A stretch of 64,000 bases of DNA, taken from NCBI GenBank assembly GCA_043228905.1, contig JBHGNT010000011.1, positions 8,370,001 to 8,434,000 of the forward strand. The letters run 5' to 3'. Below the pieces are notes generated by a model, which made no database searches, had not been told where the DNA came from, and worked only from the letters and a program-made list of their open reading frames with translations. Origin of the DNA: Azolla caroliniana. Lineage: Eukaryota; Plantae; Polypodiophyta. Position numbers and translations under genes: made by a program. Shown here in pieces: positions 1 through 12,509 of the stretch (its first letter is position 1; every line of letters begins with the position of its first letter).

Positions 1-533
1 GGATGGCCAACTGTAAGTCCATCTCGACTCTTCCGGATAGAACCGTCAACCTTCGCCCCGATTCCGGAAAGTTTTGCGACCCGACGAGGTTCCAACAGAT
101 AGTCGGAATCCTTATATACTTGAGCATCACCCGACCAGATCTCAGCTACCCAGTCGGGGTGATTAGTCAGTTCATGGCGTGACCGACTGAGGAGCACCTT
201 CAGTGCGCACAACGCATACTCCGGTACATCAGTGCCACTAACGACCGGGGGTCACTATATTAGACCGATACTGCCGCACAGTTGATCGGTTACACCGATG
301 CTGATTGGGCCGAAAACGCCGGCGATCGCCGATCCATGTCCGGTTTCACGTTCTCTCTTGGGATTGGATCACCGACAGTGGGTTTAGCAGGAAGTAGCCG
401 ACAGTTGCGTTGTCGAGCACCAAAGCCGAGTATAGAGGAGCGGCTATCATGACATGCGAAGCCATATGGCTGAAGCGGCTACTTAAGGATCTGCAGGTGG
501 AGGTATCAAATCCAACGACAATTTACTGCGACA
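1..533 (+). pseudogene. Ty1/copia RT-RNaseH fragment, degenerate, truncated
   Basis: Translates to ..FQQIVGILIYLSITRPDLSYPVGVISQFM..LIGYTDADW..VALSSTKAEY..EAIWLKRLL..TTIYCD with stops; breaks off after IYCD. Confidence 0.9.
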
Positions 534-2790
534 TTCACACTTGGCCAAATGGGTTGTCTCAATCCCGAGGATTCAGAGTAATCAGGACTCCCCTTCTTTA
601 CACTCTCGTTTAACCCTCACACTTTATCAACGTGTATAGAATACTACGGTAAATTCTCACCACATGATATTATGTGGTCATGCCCGTAACATAATCCCCT
701 CCCCCTCTTTAAAACATTGCACTCTTGCAATGGAAAGTTAGGGAAGTTACTTCTAAGCGTATTTTCACGTTCCCATGTGGCATCTTTTATTGACTTATCC
801 ATCGATTTAATTTTAAATTCTCTAATTTTTTTAGAATGCAGATATTTTGTTTTAACATCAAGAATTCTTTCTAGTACATGTGGTTTAGAAGATAATTCTT
901 TAGAAGTAACCAGAGTTTTAGTTGTCATTGTATTGTCACCAGAACCTAGAAGTTCTTTTAGACGACATACATGAAAAACTAAATGGACTTCAACGCCATC
1001 ATGAAGAGCGAGATGATAGGTTGATGAAACAATGCATTTGGGGACTATAAAAGGTCCACAAAACCGTGGGGCTAACTTAGGGCACTAATTGTAGACAATG
1101 TGTTAGAATTGTGAGGTACACGTAAAAATACCTTTTGTCTAGGGTTGAATACACGAGGTTGCCTATTATGATCAGCATAAAAACACGCTCTATCTTGAGC
1201 TATTTTTATATTCTCTCATGTAGTGTGCAACATATCTTGCATATCCCGAAAAAAGTTTTGCGTACTTTGCAACTTATCATGATGTATATTAACATCAATC
1301 AGGGCTCATGGTGGAAAACCATACATCAACATAAAAGGACTATATCTCGTCGATGTATGCTTGAAGCTGTTATAAGCAAACTCCAAATTTGGGATATAAC
1401 GTTCCCATTTTGTTGGTTTTGTACCAACATATGCACAAAGCATGTCCTCAATAATTTGATTTACTCGTTCTGTTTGTCTAGCGAATTGAGGATGATCCAT
1501 GGAGCTCATGCTCAATATAGTTTCTAACTTCTTAAAGACTTGTCCAAAAGTTGCTAGTAAACTTTGGATCTCAATCACTCACGCTATTCATCGGTAACCC
1601 ATAAAAATGAAATAACTCCTCAACGAATTGGCAAGCCAATTCCGGAGTTGTTACCGTGGTTTTAGTAACAATAAATCTGGCCATTTTAGTTAGTCGATCA
1701 ACCACAACCTAGATGGCATCATGGCCTTTTTGAGTGTGAGGAAGGCTAACAATAAAATCCATGGATATACTTTCCCACTTATTATTGGGAATGTCCAAAG
1801 GATGTAAAAGTCTTGCGGCTTTAAGTTGCTTAGTTTTGTTAACCTGACACTAGTGACATTTAGTCATATAGCTATGTATGTCAGGACACATCTTGGACCA
1901 ATAGAATTGAGTCGAGATGAGAACAAGAGTACGATATATTCTAGGGTGCCCTACTGAGGGTGCATCATGGCATTAAAAAAGAATTCTCTTTTTGACCTCA
2001 GGAAAATCTGGAACACAAACCTTCCCATTACGGTAGAGCAGACCGTTGGAAATGTGGAAGTATTCCTTCGAGGATGTGGTGGTGTCTGTTCCAGACTCAA
2101 CTCTTGCCCAATATTTTACAAAATAACTCTCATTAGGATACTTTCATCGAAGGTGATAATAAAGATCTGATGTTATTTCAGTGAAGTTAAGCATGTTAAA
2201 CTTCACGGATGCGACTTAGTGCATCAGCGTGTCGTGTTCATGGAACCTTTAAGATATCGTATTTAAAAATCAAAGTCCTGGATGAGATCTGCCCATCATG
2301 CCTTATGACCTTTAAGGTCTTGTTGGTCACAAAAATATTTCAAGGACTCGTGATCTGTAGTTACCACAAAACGATTTCCATAAACATAATGACGTCATTT
2401 CTTGAGCGCATGAATAACTACAAATAATTCCTTTTCTTGCGTGGTATACCGACACTGAGCAGAATCTAGTTTCTTACTCTCAAATGTTATTGGTTTACCA
2501 TCTGGATATAAGACAACACCTATAGCATAATCACTTGCATCGGTTTTAACCTGAAAAGGTTTTAAAGGATCTAGTAAAAGAAGAGAAGGATCCTTGCACA
2601 CCAAGTCCTTGAGTTCCTTAAAGGCGTGGTCTAGTGTAGCATTCCACACAATGGGTTTTGTAGACTTACGTGTTTGACCTTTGAGAAGATCAGTAAACGG
2701 TGTCATCAATTGGGAGAAATTACGAAGAGATTTTCGCAAAAACCCGAGAAACCCAAGGAATGATCGAACTTCTCGAATATTACGAAGACA
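534..2790 (-). mobile_element. Ty3/gypsy chromovirus 3' half (RT end, RNaseH, integrase, chromodomain, PPT, partial 3' LTR 534-691)
   Basis: VRSFLG, TDASDYAIG, QEKELF, HPQ..QTERVNQ..EFAYN, chromodomain ERILD..DATWE (644-928); PPT AAGAGGGGGAGGGG at about 696-709 followed by TGTTAC at 691. Confidence 0.88.
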
Positions 2791-3790
2791 TGTTTGTTGG
2801 CTGATGTGGATACTAGCCGATCCATGTCCGGGTAAGTAATGACTTATGCATGGCGAGTCATTTTGGCAGTCGAGGTTGCAGAAGGACGTGACGTTGTCGA
2901 CCACAGAAGCCGAATATATGACCGCAACGGAATCTGGCAAGGAAATCATATGGATGAAGGATTTTATCGGTGAGCTGGGAACTCGACATGAGGAATTCCA
3001 ACTCCATTGCGATAACCAGAATGCCATCCACCTTGCGAAAAATGCCGCCTACCACTCGAGGACCAAACACATTCAGAGAAGATTTCATTGGCTCCAAGAT
3101 CAAGTAGAAGAAAATGAGTTTTCTCTAGTGAAAATCCACACGGCCGAAAACGGATCGGATATGGTGACAAAGGTGCTATCAATGAAAAAGTTAAACGTGT
3201 GCTGACAAGGAGTCGATTTGGTGAAGTACCTCATGTCGGAGTGAAGGGGGAGTTTGTTGGGATCATGTCCCTCTAGATGGGAAGAGGAGGACTGCATTCA
3301 AAACTGAAATCAAAATCAAAATCAAAATCAAAATAAAAAACCGAAATCGTTTCAGAAAACTATAATTGTAAATAGTCAAAAATGCCTCCTAGGGGCTATA
3401 CTTGCAAATAGCTAGAAAGTTGCTTTAGTTTATAAGCAACTAGGGTAAACCTTATAGCTATAGTTGGTGATCATTATTGAACAGTTAGAATGAGGTAGTT
3501 GTCTCTGTAACTGTAAGTGAGAGAGTGAGAGTGTAACTTTGTAGCCGTCTGTTAGACGAAGGAGAACTCGAGGTCGCTGCCTCCGAGTTCCGTATTTGTA
3601 CTTCCTCTCTACTATAGTGATCTATTTTCTCATATGATATCGGAAAAAGAGACACCAATATTTTACGGGTTTTTTCACATAAAATATCGATGTCTCTGCA
3701 TCTTCACGTTTTTCTTGTCTGCATACTAGTTCTTGGTTTTTGCACACGAATACGAACGTGAAATTGCTTGTGGCTGGTCTATTCCTAACA
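2791..3790 (+). mobile_element. Ty1/copia 3' end: RNaseH, PPT and 3' LTR (3255-3790)
   Basis: LSTTEAEY..CDNQNAIHLAKN..HSRTKHI; PPT GTGAAGGGGGAG at 3241-3252; LTR TGTTGGGA...TCCTAACA; RNaseH similar to the copia at 38167-43767. Confidence 0.9.
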
Positions 3791-4160
3791 GAAGGTTATG
3801 GTAATGCTGGTAATTTTGTGTATCCACAATTAAGGTATTGTCGGAATTATATTCTGGCCACAATGACCAAAAATCAGAAAGTTGCTTGAACCTTACATAT
3901 CCTTCTGCTCATAGTTTTTCCTTGTCCATTGACCCTTAAATGGTGTTTCCACCTTCAGAATATTCTCTCCACACACTTCTACACTTTTTACATGGTTTAT
4001 CACTCCAAATAAACAAATCAAAGTATTGCACAACCAAAAACAGAAATTGATTTGCGTCCCTCCTTACTATCATGAATCGCACACTCATAAGGACTTTATC
4101 AAGCTCCAAAATCAAAGCTCTTTTTTCTTTTTCTAATGCTTTTGGTTTTCCGTTCCTGCA
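3791..4160 (-). pseudogene. FCP1/NIF-family HAD phosphatase-like domain, frameshifted, cut by copia LTR
   Basis: Motifs in the NIF order: KRALILELDKVLM, VRRDANQFLFLVVQYFDLFIWS, FKGQWTRKN, FKQLSDFWSLWPEYNSDNTLIVDT; the catalytic DxDxT motif appears as ELDKV. Confidence 0.65.
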
Positions 4161-5021
4161 ACTTAGCATCCATGACACCAACCCTTGGTATCACTCAATC
4201 AATTTCAATCAACTCAAGTTCTATCAGCAAAATTGGTGTCATTTTCCTCTTCTCACCCTTGGTTGGTTTGTCTTTCGGTCTGGCTTCACCTTGTTTGGTT
4301 CCTGCACAGTCGAGACCCTTTGCTTGCTTTATGTTTGTTGGCCTACATCACCTCTGGGCTTGCAGATACTTCTGTGGTTGAAATGAACCCAATAGTATTT
4401 GTTGTTGCATTTACCTGCAAAATAAGATCATCTCTGCAACATGTTTGATCTACTTGATTGACCAGATCATCTGTGTCACTGGCTACACACGTAGTGACAT
4501 CATCAATTTCCACATTGCCATTTGCCTTTGGTACCAGATATTCATACCCTTTAGTCTCTACATAATCAGAAAAAACCAGCATATTCACAATGAGAAAGTA
4601 GCTAACAATCTTACAAAACAACATTATGAACATAAATTATTCCGTAGCAAAAACATATTGTTATCTCAATATTAATCGTAGAGTTCCATTACATGATGGG
4701 AACCTACCAATAACTAATAATGGTTTTACATTAATTTTCCCAAGGAAAAATAGTTGCATATCTATTCCACTAAACATTGTGTCCCTAGCTCCTTGACCGA
4801 GTAGCTCGTCTTTTCCCCGATCGAGCCCCCTTCTTTAGTCTTTTTCGATATTGTTGCACATTTTTCCATGCTTCTTTCACCCATTGAGCAAGTGTGGCCT
4901 CTTCCGATTACCTATCCACCGCCTCCTCCAATCGTGTGTCAACAATTTCTTGTGCTAACTGTTCAAGAAGAGTGGGATCTGTTGCATGATTATCAAATTT
5001 TGGGCTTGGTAGGGTTGACTC

Positions 5022-5302
5022 TGTCATAATATGGCAAGAACCCATAACCTTATATTACATGGGTCGAGCTCTTACCATTAGGCTATGTATTGTAATACGA
5101 AGGATATTTTTTTCATTTAAGTTTTACTAGTATATTCCAAATTTCTCTGAAACATTCTAGAAACTTCAAGAGTACTCTTGAGAACACTATAAAAGGAAGC
5201 ACAAAGCATTATTTCGAACCAAATCAGTTCAACGCCAGTCTTAAGCCTCATAGATATTCTTGTACTTACTCTTCATATAATATAATATATTTTTTGTTAT
5301 CA

Positions 5303-5362
<60 letters not shown>

Positions 5363-5455
5363 TCTCTCATGAGTTCTACACCCTTTTCTCTCTCTTAGTA
5401 CTAATTCGCATCTCTTAGTACTAATTCCCTCTCTATCTTAGTACTGTTCCTGACA
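5022..5455 (+). repeat. 5' LTR (434 bp) of the gypsy at 5022-9898
   Basis: Direct repeat of about 9503-9898; TATAAAA at 5188; (CT)n tract. Confidence 0.93.
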
Positions 5456-6216
5456 GTTTGAACCAATTTTCTCTCCCTCCTTTCTTTCATACTAATCCTC
5501 TTATCCTCCATAGTAAAATGGCAACTGGTAGCGCTCAGGAATACCAATCTGTTTTCTCGGCGCTCTAGTGCTTAAAAGAGATGTTTGTAGCACTAGAACA
5601 AGAAAATCACCGTTTGTTAGGGAATCTTCAACAAATAGCGCTAGAAAACAACAACACGGGGATCTGATGTTACGTGTACAGCAACTTGAAGCAACTATTA
5701 CATCACTACAAGAACATGGATCAAGCACTCAAGGGATTCACAAAGAACCCAAGATCGGTCTTCCTATGAAATTTGATGGGACCTGATCACAATTTAGAGG
5801 TTTTCTTAATCAGGTACGTTTAGTGATTCAAATGCATCGTTCTCGATATCCCACCAATGCATCACGGGTGGGACTAGTAGGCACTCTACTTAGTGGCACG
5901 GCTTTGGCATGGTTCGCCCCCCTATTAGAAAAAAGCTCTCCCTTGTTAAATAATTTTGAAGAGTTTATTACCGAGTTTAAAGCCTGTTTTGGAGATACCA
6001 ACAATATTAGGACAACAATCAACAAAATCCGGAGATTGCGCCAAGGTGAGCGGCCAGCCTCGGCTTATGCTGCGGCTTTTCGTCTTCTCACCACCGATAT
6101 TCCCTGGGATGACCAGGAATTAATGGAGCAATTTTATTTTGGCCTACGTAATGATGTTAAGGATAATACTCTTAACCTTCCCTGAAGAGCCAAAGTCATT
6201 GACAGAAGCAATCAAT

Positions 6217-6932
6217 AGCGCGGTGCGATGCGACAACCGCCTTTTCGAACGACATTCGGAACGTCCGTTCCAGATGCCAAGGACAAGATCAAAGCCCACC
6301 TACGCCTCAGTGGTAGCAAAACATTTTTCAAGGGAGTCATATAATGTGTCTCCAGCAAATACTCCAACTCCGATGAAAATCGACACCACACGTCGTCGCG
6401 GGCCATTATCGGAAGAGGAAAAAGAGTGACGCCGAACAAATCGACTATGTCTTTATTGTGGTGGACTAGGGCATATCGCAGTGAACGGTCCTCATAGGTC
6501 AAGAAGACAGGTAAACCAAATAGTCGCTAGTATTAATTGTTCTAAACCCGAGTGTATTTCAGTAGGAATATTTGAGCGCGGTGCGATGTGACAACCGCCT
6601 TTTCGAACGACATTCGGAACGTCAGTTCCAGATGCCAAGGACAAGATCAAAGCCCACCTACGCCTCAGTGGTAGCAAAACATTTTCCAAGGGAGTCATAT
6701 AATGTGTCTCCAGCAAATACTCCAACTCCGATGAAAATCGACACCACACGTCGTCGCGAGCCATTATCGGAAGAGGAAAAAGAGTGACGCCGAACAAATC
6801 GACTATGTCTTTATTGTGGTGGACTAGGGCATATCGCAGTGAACGGTCCTCATAGGCCAAGAAGACAGGTAAACCAAATAGTCGCTAGTATTAATTGTTC
6901 TAAACCCGAGTGTATTTCAGTAGGAATATTTG
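6217..6932 (+). repeat. 358-bp tandem duplication within gag (zinc-knuckle region)
   Basis: 6217-6574 and 6575-6932 are nearly identical. Confidence 0.95.
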
Positions 6933-9502
6933 ATAGTCCTAATAGCCCGAGGAATTTTGCCCAAGCTCATTAGATATCCCCAAGAAAACTCCCGTGTCCA
7001 GCCTCTGTAATAGTCATTGATGATCATCCCATTGCTTCCGGAAATATCATAGAAGAGTCAGAGCCAGTTAATACTGCCCTAGATAACTTAGCATGTGTAG
7101 TAGCATTTAATATAATTAGTATCCCAAAACATGCCATTGTTTTGGGATTACCATGGTTCGAATTACATAACCCAGACATAGATTGGAGAACAAGAGAAAT
7201 CTAGTATTGAAAAACCTGAGGATCTACTCATAAGATTGCAACCATTTGGCTACATCAGTTGCGTGAGGAAGGACACAAGGAAGAAATGTTTCTCTTCGTA
7301 GTATCAATAAAACCCTCCAACATCACTAAAGAGGAGTCCATTGTTCAACTTCCAAAGAAGTATCGTCATTATGCCGATGTGTTCGATAAAGTACAAGCCA
7401 ATACGCTTCCTCACCATCGACCGTATGATTGCCCCATTGATTTACAACCCGAAAAAGAGCCACCATGGGGATCGATCTACAACTTGTCACCAACCGAGCT
7501 AGAAGTCCTTCGAGGCTATATAGAGGAGAATTTGGCAAATGGTTTCATTCGACATTCGAAATCTCCAACCAGCGCACCCATTTTCTTCATCAAGAAAAAG
7601 GATGGATCACTACGTCTCATCGTAGATTACCGTGGGTTGAATAAGGTCACCATAAGGAATAGGTATGAACTTCCCCTTATTTCAAGTCTTTTAGAACGGA
7701 TCAATGTTGCAAGGTTCTTCACAAAGATCGACTTACGAGGACCATATAACTCGTACGGATCCAACCACGAGATGAATGGAAGACTATGTTTCGCACTAGA
7801 TATGGGCACTTCGAGTATACTGTTATGCCATTCGGTCTCACTATTGTGCCAACAATCTTCGAGCACATGGCAAATGATATATTCTAAGATCTCTTCGATG
7901 ATTGTTTGATCATCTATTTGGATGATCTACTGGTTTATTCGAAGACCGAAGAAGAGCATGATTCTCATGTACTGTTAGTACTAAAACGACTTCGACAACA
8001 TGGTCTTTATGCAAAGCTGGAAAAATGTAGTTTCGGGTGCAACCAGGTGGAATTTTTGGGATGTCATCTCCTCGGAAGGCATCTCCATGGATCCTGCTAA
8101 GGTCAAAATGGTGGTAGAGTGGCAAAATCCACGTTCGTTGCGAGATGTGCAATGCTTCTTAGGCTTTGCCAATTTCTACCACAAGTTTATATAGGATTAC
8201 TCAAAGCTTGTTCTACCTCTCACACAGCTTACCAAGAAGGGACAATCGTTCGTTTCGTCTGAAGAAGCAGACATGGCATTTGAGAGTCTTAAGAAGGCAT
8301 TTACATCAGCTCCTATTCTAGCTCATGTTGATCTGGAAAAATTCATCATTGAAGCAGATGCATCAGATTTCGCCTTGGGTAGCATTCTCTCTCAACAAGG
8401 CGATGATGAAAAGCTACATCCTGTGGCTTTCCACTCACGCAAGTTTGACGCCGCTGAAATCAACTATGAAATTCATGATAAGGAGCTATTAGCAATAGTG
8501 GACTCTTTTCCACAATGGAGGCATTTTCTAGAGGGGTCTTCTCATCAAGTCACTATATTCAGTGATCACAAAAACCTTGCCTACTTTCAAAATGCTCGTG
8601 TGTTAAATCGACCTCAAGCTCGAGGGGCGCAATTCCTCACTCATTTCGACTTCAAAATTACACATCGTCCGGGGAAGCAACAAGGGAAGGCAAATGCATT
8701 ATCACGACACTCGTATCTAGCACCGCGTCCTGGTGAGCCTCTTGCGATAACCAAAAGCAAGTAATCCTGGGACCGACACGACTGCAAGCAACGCAGGTCT
8801 TCGGTATGCCCTTGGATTCCCACATTATCGATACCATATGTGAGGACTTGAAGCGAGATGCTTTCGCCCAAGAAATTCTAGAACAAATTGATCCCTCTCG
8901 AGAATGTTGTTCACAGTCGCAACAACCAGGTACGGACTATCGACAATTCGAATGTCTTGATGGATTACTATTCTTTAAGAAACTCTTGTATGTTCCTAAT
9001 GGTACTTGTCGCCTTCAAGTAGTCCAAAACTGTCATGACACATATACAGCTGGGCATTTTGGTAGTACTAAAACATTAGATTTATTACAACGATCATTTT
9101 GGTGGCCCCATATGTGACAATTTGTCGAAGATTTTGTTCACATGGTGCAGAGCAAAAATTCCAAGGCATCATCCATATGGTTTATTAGAACCATTACCAA
9201 TTCCAAGCAAGCCAGGGCAATCCATCGCTCTAGATTTCATCACAGATCTTTCGATCTCTAAGGGATTCGATGCGATCTTAATAGTAGTAGATCGATATAT
9301 GAAGATGGCCCATTTCCTGGCATGTACTAAGGAAATCTCCAGTGAAGAAACCGTTGAAACTGCCATGCGTGAAGTATGCCGGCATCATGGCCTTCCCGAT
9401 AGTATCATCAGGGACCGTGGACCCCGGTTTGTCTTGAAGTTCTGGAATCACCTCTTTAAAATGGTCAAGGTCACATGTAACCTCTCCTCTAGCTACACCT
9501 GC

Positions 9503-9762
9503 GAACTCTTACCATTAGGCTATGTATTGTAATACGAATGATATCATTTTCATTTAAGTTTTACTATAGAAAATTGATGTATATTCCAGATTTCTCTGAA
9601 ACATTCTAGAAACTTCAGGAGTACTCCTGACAACACTATAAAAGGAGGCACAAAACATTATTTCGAACCAAATCGGTTCAACGCCAGTCTTAAACCTCAT
9701 AGCTATTCTTGTACTTACTCATCGTATAATATAATATATCTTTTGTTATCATCATTCTCCCT

Positions 9763-9804
<42 letters not shown>

Positions 9805-9898
9805 TTCTCTCGTGAGCTCTACACCATTTTGTCTCTCTTAGTACTAATTCACATCTCTTAGTACTAATTCCCTCTCTATCTTAGTGCTATTCCTGACA
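9503..9898 (+). repeat. 3' LTR (5'-truncated) of the gypsy at 5022-9898
   Basis: Matches the 5' LTR from CTCTTACCATTAGGC to CCTGACA. Confidence 0.92.
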
Positions 9899-10189
9899 GA
9901 CTCAAGGTTCTGGGACTTGAAGAATTGTTGCATCAGGTGTTCAAAAACATTGTTATTATGCACCTCATATTTACACGTTGGGTCGACCATGTCATTGTTT
10001 TTCACAGACTTGCCCAATTCACTACAATTTTCCACAAGGTAAGGGTGAAGCTGATCTAAAGGAGATGTCTCAGCCACATTGCAAAAACCTCCTCATCCAT
10101 TGCAGCAACATCTCGACCGAACACATCATGCACATGAGTTAATCCCGGAGGTTTTATAACAACATGTATCAATCAATTAGCAGTTGGTA

Positions 10190-10810
10190 ATTCTAGCAAG
10201 CTATAGCTATTTAGCTACCATGCTACTTGTCTTCACGGGAAGCTAATTACCTACCACTCTCACACGGTTTTAGCTAATTAGCTAATAGTCTTCTACTTCT
10301 TCTAGCAATTATAATTAGCTACCACTCTTGTACATCTACAACAATTGTAGCTAATTAGCTACGACAGTTTCCACTACCTTAGTTACCTATCTAGCTTCAA
10401 CTCTTCCTAGTGTGAGCTAATTACTTAGCACTAATTAGCTATTTACCTACAACTCTTTCCAATGTTAGCTAATTAGCTATCACTCTTGTACAAATGTAGC
10501 TTTCTTAACTACACCTTTCAAGGCATAGCTAATTAGCTATCACACTTGCCACTGCCTTAACTATTTAGCTTCTACTGTTCCTAGTGTGAGCTATTTAGCT
10601 ACCACTAATTTTTCATTAGTTATTGCTCTTCCTAGAGTTAGGTAACTAGCTATCACTCTTGTAGAACTATAGCTTTTTAGCTACTCTTTTCAAGGCTTAG
10701 CTAATTAGCTACTAGTTTTCCCAGTTGTTAGCTTTTCAACTTTTAATTTTCTCAGTCTTAGCTTATTAATTACTACTCTCATCGCAACAACTATTACCTA
10801 TTACAACTTA
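10190..10810. repeat. Degenerate array of TAGCTAATTAGCTA-type palindromic motifs
   Basis: Many copies of agctaattagcta and ctaccactct variants. Confidence 0.75.
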
Positions 10811-11074
10811 TGCTTTGTAGAGAGTAGAGTAGCAAACTTTGTAGAGAGGGAGAGTTGTATTGCAATCCTCCAAACACATTGCAGGAGTGTGATAGGCACA
10901 TGCAAAACGAGCGATATGACATGTATGTAGGCATGCTTGTAGGTGTACCGGCATAGTAGTAGTTGTGTCCTCAATGGCTAAGCCACAAGAAATGCACGTT
11001 GCTTGAACACTCATGTACTCTTGTCTCCAACTGCTACTTTTGGTAAGAGAGCAGGAATGTTGAGTTCATTTACA

Positions 11075-11984
11075 CCTTACCACCCCCTCCACAAATTATA
11101 GTTGCTTTTTAAGGCAACTAACCAACTATTCTTAAAATGTGTCCGAAAATTTTGCTGCCATATCATTCATAGAATGAGGAAGAATGAACAACAAGAAACA
11201 ATTACATTGACTTGCTTGGAGGTTTGGACCATCGTTGCTAGTGAAATGTTTGACCCCTAGGAGATCCAGGTTCATTGCAAAAACCTGGATCTCCGTCTCT
11301 AGTTGTATTTTCTGTTGAGGATCCAACGACCCCTCCTTTTCGAGATCACATTGAGCAACCTCAATTTTGCTCCATATAGTTGTGATTGCTATGTTGACCT
11401 TACTTTCCATGGCAGCAACCAATGTTGCTTTATCTAAGCGAGCCTTTGTTGCTTCAAATCAACGTCTCTCGTGTATCATTGACATTGGTTTTGTTGTTAT
11501 GTCTACATCGTCTCTCCTTGCGTCTTTGCTGAGAATCAATAGTTGCATCATCAATCGCCATGCGCTAGAATCTTGTCAGTTTTTGTTGCATGTTCCCCAT
11601 CTTGCAGTAATGTTCTATCCATGCCTCACCTGCAAGAACCCATGCTACCCTATACAATTAAAGGTTAGTTGCTTCATTCATAGGTCAATGCTTTGGCCAA
11701 TACAACTGACAACTCATTCTTGACAGGGATCTCTAGATGTACTTTTTGGTTAAGCCTCGTGCAGTCCTCATACAACTGTGGATGTACGTGCTTCAACTTG
11801 ACCTTACCTTTAACTTTGGTTACTTTATAGACTGACAACCAGTCTTTATCTCTAATCAATTTTTTTGTTACCACTGTAGGGTCAATACCCTCCAGTGACA
11901 GACCATATACCTTGTTGAAATCCTCCTTTGTCTCGTAGAATTTTGCAAAGTTCAGCACCCTTGGATAGGGAGGAACCAACCACC
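11075..11984 (-). pseudogene. Uncharacterised transposon-borne gene, copy 1
   Basis: WLVPPYPRVLNFAKFYETK..KLKHV..NELSVVLAKAL..DPQQKIQLETEIQV..MNLDLLGV; clearly homologous to 62271-63297; starts after an AG acceptor. Confidence 0.75.
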
Positions 11985-12509
11985 TGATTTCAAAACTCAA
12001 TACATGTTAGCTCTCTTGGGACATGTCTAACTCAATCAAATCTTCGCACAACTAGAATTAAACCTTAATAACTGTACCTTGGCAACATAATTTCTAGAAT
12101 CGATTCTAATTAGAGAAATTAATTTCCCATGTTCTTGCTTCCTAAATCAATTTAGTGGTAGAATCTAATTCTAATCGCAAATTTAGAACTTTGAAACATA
12201 GGTTCTAATTCTACCAAAATCTGATATTTAAAATCTGATTTACAACAAATTTATTATATGGTCATTCCAAGTGTTAGAGCTAGATCCTAATGTAAGCCTA
12301 AGATAAGGAAATATATTAGATAGAAAAGAAAGGAGAGAGAGAAAGAAGGGTGTCGATCCACCTAGCCACCCCCGAGCGAAGGGATTGAGATGGACTCGAG
12401 CCTCAATCGGCATTCCATACCACCGTCATGCCGTCGAGTTGTACCTGGTACTAGTGCTTGCTTCAAGAGTTGATCACCACGAGGACAGAGTCTCAACGTA
12501 GTCGATAAT

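Larger units (their letters stand above)
5022..9898 (+). mobile_element. Ty3/gypsy LTR retrotransposon, Tcn1/Tf1-like chromovirus, degenerate
   Basis: TG..CA ends; 5-bp TSD GACTC (5017-5021 and 9899-9903); gag (LPMKFDG, A.AW, LRQG), RT (PIFFIKKKDGSLRLIVDYRGLN, YLDD), RH (ADASDFALG, YEIHDKELL), INT; the INT C-terminus, PPT and start of the 3' LTR are deleted. Confidence 0.95.

Noticed and set aside
2395-3027. 210-aa ORF as a single gene
   Set aside because: Chance fusion of antisense copia RNaseH with gypsy RT/RH across the junction at about 2790
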